The notes below the pieces were generated by a model. The model did no database searches. It was not told where the DNA came from and saw only the letters and a program-made list of their open reading frames with translations. 11,461 nt of DNA from a virus (Duplodnaviria; Heunggongvirae; Uroviricota; Caudoviricetes): IMG/VR virus record IMGVR_UViG_3300027151_000220. The stretch is one strand, 5' to 3'. Both the position numbers and the translations under genes were made by a program. Of the stretch, positions 1-5,205 are shown one piece after another (the stretch's first letter is position 1; each line of letters starts with the position of its first letter).

Positions 1-6
1 TTTACA

Positions 7-1479
7 ATGAGTTTATATAAGCTGGTTCTTAAAGGAGCCAATGATGTTGAGCAGGTTTTAGTTTATGACCCAATGACATCTGAGATGTTTTGGGAAGAAA
101 CAAAAGAAAAACCATCGCTGAGCCACATTTCTAATGGTTTGGAGTACCAAATTAATGCAAAAGTTTGGACTCCTGCCAAAGTAACAAACCCTCACGATCC
201 AGAACTCCACGGAAGAAAATCCAGAAAACCAACAACACTTAAGATTACTATGGGTCTTAAGTGTAATTATGCTTGCTCTTACTGCAATCAAGCACATCAA
301 CCTCATGATCCAGTAGGCGGACCAGATGACGCAGAAGATCTAGTTCGAAAAATGAAAGAAAATTTTCAGTTCGGAACTTATGATAGATTCCGTCTTGAAT
401 TTTGGGGTGGTGAACCAATGGTATATTGGAAGACCCTAAAACCTTTAGCTGAAAAGGTTAGAAAAGTTTATCCCAATGCACAGTTTATGATGGTAACCAA
501 TGGTTCTTTATTGGATAGAGAAAAGATTGATTGGTTTAATCGAATGGGATTTTCAATCGGTATGTCGCATGATGGACCATTACATGCTCAAAATCGTGGA
601 CCAGATCCACTTGATGAACCAAGAGCAAAAGATGCTGTAGTATATGCATTAAAAACTATGGGACAGGGAAGATTTACATTTAACTGTGTATTGACACGTG
701 AGAATGTATCAATACCAGCTGTTCGAGATTTTATTTGCGACAAGTTAAACAGAAAAGATTTTGGATATGAATATACTGAAATTTCTCAGATGGAACTGCA
801 AGTTACAACTGAAGAATTAATGTTACCGTATGATGATTCTGGAATGGCGCATTCTTTGCAAACCCCAGACGAGAAGAAAGAAATTCTACACAATTTATTC
901 TGGGAAACTATTCAAGGACAAAACCAGTTTAGCTGGACAGTCAATACAAAGATTACTGGATTTTTTGAATCGTTAGTTTATCAGAGACCAGCAGAAGTAG
1001 TTGGTCAAAAGTGCGGTATGGACAAAGAAGATAATATTGCCATCGATATGAAAGGTAATGTTACTACTTGCCAAAACACCTCTTCATTGACTAAACATAA
1101 TCTTGGTAATATTGAAGATTTTGATAATATTCGTTTGACCAATTCTTATCACTGGTCGACCAGAGCAGAGTGTCCTAGTTGTCCAGTAGTTCAACTGTGT
1201 CAGGGTGCTTGTTTATTCTTAGAAGATCAGTACTGGACTCAAGCGTGTGAGAATTTATTCTATTATAATCTTGCTATTCTTGCAGGTGCTCTATTCATTA
1301 TGACTGATGGATTAGTTTTGACGAGAATTGAAGGAGATAAGATTAGATTTAATGATGTTAAAACACTTGATGTTATTGATATTAATTTCGTCAAATCTAG
1401 CGGAACTCAAAAATCATGGAAAGTTCGTAAACCTCTGAACATTCCTGTGGTTACTGTTCCAGCAATGCCAGTAGTATAA
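7..1479 (+). CDS. Radical SAM protein with C-terminal SPASM domain (peptide/protein maturase-like)
   Basis: CNYACSYC = CxxxCxxC (C86/C90/C93, nt 262-285); FWGGEP SAM-binding motif; VTNGSLL and IGMSHDGP core motifs; seven SPASM cysteines C336, C355, C389, C392, C398, C402, C414 including Cx2Cx5Cx3C. The frame is open to the left edge (TTT ACA ATG), so the start at 7 is likely but not proven. Confidence 0.92.
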   Translation: MSLYKLVLKGANDVEQVLVYDPMTSEMFWEETKEKPSLSHISNGLEYQINAKVWTPAKVTNPHDPELHGRKSRKPTTLKITMGLKCNYACSYCNQAHQPHDPVGGPDDAEDLVRKMKENFQFGTYDRFRLEFWGGEPMVYWKTLKPLAEKVRKVYPNAQFMMVTNGSLLDREKIDWFNRMGFSIGMSHDGPLHAQNRGPDPLDEPRAKDAVVYALKTMGQGRFTFNCVLTRENVSIPAVRDFICDKLNRKDFGYEYTEISQMELQVTTEELMLPYDDSGMAHSLQTPDEKKEILHNLFWETIQGQNQFSWTVNTKITGFFESLVYQRPAEVVGQKCGMDKEDNIAIDMKGNVTTCQNTSSLTKHNLGNIEDFDNIRLTNSYHWSTRAECPSCPVVQLCQGACLFLEDQYWTQACENLFYYNLAILAGALFIMTDGLVLTRIEGDKIRFNDVKTLDVIDINFVKSSGTQKSWKVRKPLNIPVVTVPAMPVV

Positions 1480-1793
1480 TGGCGTTTCTTGATTGTATGA
1501 TTTGGGAACTGAATAAATTCCCAAGATATGGAAGATATAGAAATGGCTACACAATAGCCAATATCTTCCATTACTGTTCAGACACCAAGGAATACCAGAA
1601 TAATAATGTAAATATTCAAATTCCTGAATTTGAACTAATTGCAACACCAGAACAACTGCAATTTGTTTATAAATACAAAGAGCAGATTATTGATAACAAG
1701 ATTCCAGTAATACTGAATTCTATAAATAATGGTATAGAGACTTGGTCGGTAGACCTATTCAAAGCAAAATTTTTACAATACCTTAAAAGGTAA
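1479..1793 (+). CDS. Hypothetical protein (104 aa), translationally coupled to the radical SAM gene
   Basis: TAATG stop/start overlap at 1477-1481; fills the gap to the next RBS exactly; no family recognised. Confidence 0.75.
   Translation: MAFLDCMIWELNKFPRYGRYRNGYTIANIFHYCSDTKEYQNNNVNIQIPEFELIATPEQLQFVYKYKEQIIDNKIPVILNSINNGIETWSVDLFKAKFLQYLKR
1668..1675 (+). promoter_or_regulatory. T4-type late promoter consensus TATAAATA (upstream of dctP-like gene)
   Basis: Exact match inside the 104-aa ORF, about 130 nt before ATG 1807. Confidence 0.5.
1721..1728 (+). promoter_or_regulatory. T4-type late promoter consensus TATAAATA (upstream of dctP-like gene)
   Basis: Exact match, about 80 nt before ATG 1807. 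Confidence 0.6.
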
Positions 1794-1797
1794 GGAG
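1792..1797 (+). promoter_or_regulatory. Shine-Dalgarno AAGGAG for ORF 1807
   Basis: AAGGAG 9 nt upstream of the ATG. Confidence 0.8.
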
Positions 1798-1806
1798 AAC
1801 CAAAAA

Positions 1807-2754
1807 ATGAGTAAAAAGCACGTAAAATGGGTTATCGCCCACGAGCCAATCGGGCTATTTCTTAAGGTAGCTGAGTCGTTCGCTAAAGAAGTTAATGAGA
1901 AAACTAATGGTCAATTTGATATCGAAGTTCTTTCTCTAACTGCTTATGCTGAGAAATATAACGCTGGCAAGAAAATTAGCAAGAACGATTTAATGCAGAT
2001 GATTAATGATGGCACTATCGAAATGAGCCACATTTACACTACTTGGTTGGCAGACTACAACAAAGATCTAAACGCATTAGATCTACCATTCTTGTTCCGT
2101 GACCACGATCACGCTGACGCAGTTTTAGAAGGTGAAATTGGAACTCAACTATTGGCTGATGTAAGCAAGAATTCTAACATTCACGCTATGTCTTTCACTT
2201 ACTCTGGTGGTTATCGTGTTGTTCCAGCAAACTTTAAAGCTGACAGCGTAGACGCATGGAAGTTTAAGAAAGTTCGTACTAGCCGTTCTCCAGTTGCAAT
2301 CGATACTTTCAAGTTACTTGGTGCAAACACTTATCCAGGTATCGAACTTGAGCAAATGAATTCAGCTGCTAAAGAGGGTGTTATTAACGCAGGTGAATCA
2401 ACTTACGTTCGTATTTTCCCATTACAGCAAAACGAAGCATTTAAGTATGTTAACGACACTGCTCATAGCTTGTTCTTAACTTCTATTATCGTTAATAAAG
2501 ACTGGATGGCTCAGTTCGACGCAGAAACTAAAGAGATTATCTCTACTGCAGCATTTAATGCAGCACGTAAAGAGCGTCGTGAGTCTGTTGCTGACATTCC
2601 AAACATCCTTGCAGAGTGCGAAGCAAAAGGTGTTAAGGTTGTTAAGATGTCTGAGAAAGAAGAACAGAAATTTAAACAAGTTACTGCTAAAGTATATGAC
2701 ATGTACGCTGACTACTTTACTCCAGGTCTAGTAGAAAAAATCAAGCTACAGTAA
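1807..2754 (+). CDS. dctP: TRAP transporter substrate-binding protein (DctP family), lacking a signal peptide
   Basis: DctP-like segments FAKEVNEKTNGQFDIEV, GTIEM, LDLPFLFRDHDHA, SGGYR, KKVRT (conserved carboxylate-binding Arg position, R157), GESTY, TAHSLF and C-terminal VKVVKMSEKEEQKFK. Strong RBS; terminator follows. Confidence 0.88.
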   Translation: MSKKHVKWVIAHEPIGLFLKVAESFAKEVNEKTNGQFDIEVLSLTAYAEKYNAGKKISKNDLMQMINDGTIEMSHIYTTWLADYNKDLNALDLPFLFRDHDHADAVLEGEIGTQLLADVSKNSNIHAMSFTYSGGYRVVPANFKADSVDAWKFKKVRTSRSPVAIDTFKLLGANTYPGIELEQMNSAAKEGVINAGESTYVRIFPLQQNEAFKYVNDTAHSLFLTSIIVNKDWMAQFDAETKEIISTAAFNAARKERRESVADIPNILAECEAKGVKVVKMSEKEEQKFKQVTAKVYDMYADYFTPGLVEKIKLQ

Positions 2755-2760
2755 TACTGT

Positions 2761-2767
2761 CTAAATA
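2761..2767 (+). promoter_or_regulatory. Possible late promoter variant CTAAATA
   Basis: One mismatch to ATAAATA; intergenic, upstream of ORF 2817; the same heptamer recurs at 7812 and on the minus strand at 4547-4553. Confidence 0.45.
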
Positions 2768-2775
2768 CATTATGT

Positions 2776-2802
2776 AAGGGGATGTTTAGGCATCCCCTTT
2801 TT
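2776..2802 (+). terminator. Rho-independent terminator after dctP-like gene
   Basis: Stem AAGGGGATG (2776-2784) / CATCCCCTT (2791-2799), loop TTTAGG, T-run 2798-2802. Confidence 0.8.
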
Positions 2803-2816
2803 CATTTGGGGATTAT

Positions 2817-3896
2817 ATGAAGCAAATTTTATTTTACAATGTTGGATTCGTTAAACAAGTTGTTGACCAGCAACCTGAGATTTTAGATGGTTATCTTTTA
2901 GACAGAGATTTATTTTATTTTTATGACAAACATAAAATGAATCTTAATAATGTTTATGATAGAACAGGATCTATTCCACATTACCTAAACATTAAACCTG
3001 GACTATTGCAAATACCGAGTGTAGAGGGTTTTAACAAGTCATTTGCTCAATGTGTAGAAGAACGATGTAAACAACTTTTATCATTGGGTAAACGTATAAA
3101 TGTCGTTTGGAGTGGAGGTATTGATAGCACTTTAGTTCTCTGTGCGTTACTGCATTTTGCCAACGATCCAAAACAAATTGCTGTTTATGGAACATATACT
3201 TCCATACTAGAGTCTGGGGATTTTTTAGAGAAAAGAATTATCCCTAAAGGTGTAGATTTAAAAATTAAAGTTTCTTCGAATAGAGATTTTGATGATTGTT
3301 CAGAAAATGAGATATTTGTTACTGGGTTCTTTGGTAATCAGCTATTTGGACCAACTGATAATTTCTCAGTTAATCCTGCAGTAAAAACAAACATATCCTT
3401 TTTTCATCATCAATTTAATGGACCAGATCCATTGGACGACTATACGAAGTACATCGATCCAGAATTGCATGAGTTTATGTTACCATGCATTAATGCTAGT
3501 CCAAAGAAAATTGAAACCTTAAGAGATTTACGTTGGTGGTTTATTTTTAACTTGGATTGGTATACTGCTGAGTTTGCAACAAGAGTTAGTACAAGTCAGC
3601 AAGACAATCAATTTCACTTCTTTAATACAGACGACTTTCAGCGTTATGTGATTACAACTAAAGAACCATTCACTAAAGAAGTTGGAAACCCATTGACTCA
3701 TCGTTGGGTTATGAGGGAGTTAATCGAGGAGTGGAGTGGCGATAGCCATTATGCTTGGCAAAAACCAAAAGGGGTTTCCAATTTAGGAAACCCCGATCCG
3801 ACATGGCTACTTCTATTGGAAGATTATAGTGTGATTAAGTTACCACCCACATCTTTTGTAAACCAAACTAGAATTAACGTCCGAAACCAACCTTAA
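2817..3896 (+). CDS. Asparagine-synthase-like N-type ATP pyrophosphatase (adenine nucleotide alpha hydrolase), synthetase domain only
   Basis: PP-loop VVWSGGIDST (nt 3111-3128); FVTGFFGNQLFG (3321-3350) echoes the AsnB SGEGADELFG motif; no N-terminal Cys glutaminase domain; no QueC-type Zn cysteine cluster; GGGG RBS at 2808-2811. Confidence 0.75.
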   Translation: MKQILFYNVGFVKQVVDQQPEILDGYLLDRDLFYFYDKHKMNLNNVYDRTGSIPHYLNIKPGLLQIPSVEGFNKSFAQCVEERCKQLLSLGKRINVVWSGGIDSTLVLCALLHFANDPKQIAVYGTYTSILESGDFLEKRIIPKGVDLKIKVSSNRDFDDCSENEIFVTGFFGNQLFGPTDNFSVNPAVKTNISFFHHQFNGPDPLDDYTKYIDPELHEFMLPCINASPKKIETLRDLRWWFIFNLDWYTAEFATRVSTSQQDNQFHFFNTDDFQRYVITTKEPFTKEVGNPLTHRWVMRELIEEWSGDSHYAWQKPKGVSNLGNPDPTWLLLLEDYSVIKLPPTSFVNQTRINVRNQP

Positions 3897-4488
3897 TATT
3901 TAAAGTGACATAAGATTGGGTGTCTAGATTAGTTTCTGTATAACGCATCAAATGTCCAGGAGTTACATAAACTTCTCCAAATCTACCTTTGATTTGAAAT
4001 GAAGTTGCAACCAAATTCTGTGCAGCCAATTGACGTGTTGTAGTTACGCCACCACGAGGATCGGCGAAATATGTTGGTGGTGTATATTCGCCAGTGTGCA
4101 GAACAAACGTAAATACCAAAGGAACGTGTTCGTAACAATGTAGTGGAATGTGTTCTAATTTTTGTTGGAATAGAGCATTGGATCCAATAATAACAGGTGT
4201 ATATTGCATCTCATTGTTAAATTCTGGAAGATCTTGGCAAATAGTATAGACAATCTCTTTGAGTTTTTCTACATATTTGTTATCTTCTGTGAACATTAAA
4301 TCTGTAGTTACATTTGTTGAGCATGAATTGACCAAGTCAATAAAATCTTGATCGCTAAAGGTCAAATCATCCATCATTGTGGGATTTATGTCAAAACTCC
4401 GAAATTGTGTTGAGAATAATTCTTTTGCGAAAGATTCTGTTACCAGTTTATTGACTTGAATTTCGGGGGTGTTTTGGGTTGTTTCCAT
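3874..4488 (-). CDS. 2OG-Fe(II) oxygenase-fold protein (TIGR02466/PF13759-like) with non-canonical ligands
   Basis: YFADPRGG (4048-4068) and GEVYVTPGHL..Y.ETN match the family's FxDPR and GxxxxFPSWLxHxVxPN segments; the H-x-H/D site reads HCYEH. GGAGA RBS at 4493-4497 on the minus strand. Confidence 0.65.
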   Translation of the reverse strand: METTQNTPEIQVNKLVTESFAKELFSTQFRSFDINPTMMDDLTFSDQDFIDLVNSCSTNVTTDLMFTEDNKYVEKLKEIVYTICQDLPEFNNEMQYTPVIIGSNALFQQKLEHIPLHCYEHVPLVFTFVLHTGEYTPPTYFADPRGGVTTTRQLAAQNLVATSFQIKGRFGEVYVTPGHLMRYTETNLDTQSYVTLNIKVGFGR

Positions 4489-4532
4489 GTTATCTCCATG
4501 AGTTAAAAAATAATCGCTTCGCAGCTAAAAAG

Positions 4533-4540
4533 TATTTATA
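4533..4540 (-). promoter_or_regulatory. T4-type late promoter TATAAATA driving the minus-strand ORF
   Basis: Plus strand reads TATTTATA (exact reverse complement), intergenic, about 45 nt upstream of the start at 4488. Confidence 0.7.
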
Positions 4541-4546
4541 CAACTG

Positions 4547-4553
4547 TATTTAG
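4547..4553 (-). promoter_or_regulatory. Second possible late promoter CTAAATA (minus strand)
   Basis: Plus strand TATTTAG, in tandem with the 4533-4540 box. Confidence 0.4.
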
Positions 4554-4566
4554 CGTTTCCAAATAT

Positions 4567-4574
4567 GATAAATA
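4567..4574 (+). promoter_or_regulatory. Late promoter GATAAATA for the structural operon
   Basis: ATAAATA core 30 nt upstream of ATG 4605; AGGA RBS at 4593-4596. Confidence 0.65.
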
Positions 4575-4604
4575 ATTGAAGAAAAGCAATTTAGGATCCC
4601 TAGG

Positions 4605-4937
4605 ATGGCAACTGTTAGCAACCTTTTTGTAGACGCTGGAGCTGACTACAGTACAATTATTACTGTGGCTGCTACTAACGGACAACCATTGAATCTGACT
4701 GGGTATAGCGTGGCTTCTCAGATGAGAAAATCTTACTCATCTTCCACTGTATACAATTTTACAACATCACTTTATGACGCTGCGCAAGGCAAGGTTCGTC
4801 TTCAGTTAAACAACGCACAATCTTCAGCTATCCCAGCTGGGAGATGGCTGTATGACGTAGAAATAACATCACCATCAGGAACTAAAACAAGGGTCATAGA
4901 AGGAATCGTAACAGTAACCCCAGAAATAACGAGATAA
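4605..4937 (+). CDS. Virion structural protein, small beta-sandwich (BppU/LtfC-like) typical of T4-like fibre loci
   Basis: Motif pattern NLFVDAGADY...LNLTGY...QMRKSY...GKVRLQL...AGRWLYDVEITSPSGTKTRVIEGIVTVTPEITR, recognised from structural proteins of cyanophage-like T4 relatives. Confidence 0.75.
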   Translation: MATVSNLFVDAGADYSTIITVAATNGQPLNLTGYSVASQMRKSYSSSTVYNFTTSLYDAAQGKVRLQLNNAQSSAIPAGRWLYDVEITSPSGTKTRVIEGIVTVTPEITR

Positions 4938-4939
4938 TA

Positions 4940-5191
4940 ATGGCAGATACAGTAGCAATAGTTCAGCCCGAAGAATCGTTACAAGTTGCAGTATCAGAAG
5001 GAACAATAGTTCTTTCTAATACCAACTTGGCTAACCCAGCTGTAGTAGAATCAATGTCTAATATTGCAGACGTTGATGTTACAACGAATGGAAAAACAAC
5101 TGGGTCAATATTGATTTACAGAGAAGCAACTCAAAAATGGACCGCCTCAACTACCTTAGATGCGCAAAACATGGAAGGTGGCTATTATTAA
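4940..5191 (+). CDS. Small virion/fibre adaptor-like protein ending in EGGYY
   Basis: TAATAATG junction with the previous gene; IADVDV...GSILIY...KW motif seen in phage fibre proteins; C-terminal EGGYY. Confidence 0.7.
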   Translation: MADTVAIVQPEESLQVAVSEGTIVLSNTNLANPAVVESMSNIADVDVTTNGKTTGSILIYREATQKWTASTTLDAQNMEGGYY

Positions 5192-5205
5192 ATGGAGAAT
5201 AACAG

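Noticed and set aside
1474-1480. TATAAT sigma70 -10 box at the radical SAM stop
   Set aside because: Arises from the last Val codon plus the TAATG overlap; no convincing -35 element.
58-2702. Small alternative ORFs 58-306, 1414-1647, 2476-2679, 2511-2702, and also 5473-5658, 7109-7306, 8402-8620, 10247-10441
   Set aside because: Lie inside or across better-supported genes; no motifs or translation signals. The Cys-containing ones were considered as radical SAM precursors but are antisense to real genes.
7-3896. 7-deazaguanine DNA-modification pathway (QueE radical SAM + QueC SGGxDS enzyme)
   Set aside because: The radical SAM has a SPASM domain and is much longer than QueE; the PP-loop enzyme lacks the QueC zinc cysteines; no queD, folE or dpdA in the window.
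4524-4554. Small inverted repeats (GCTAAA/TTTAGC; ATACA-AC-TGTAT) as an operator or ncRNA
   Set aside because: Short and AT-rich, expected by chance, and largely explained by the overlapping promoter boxes.
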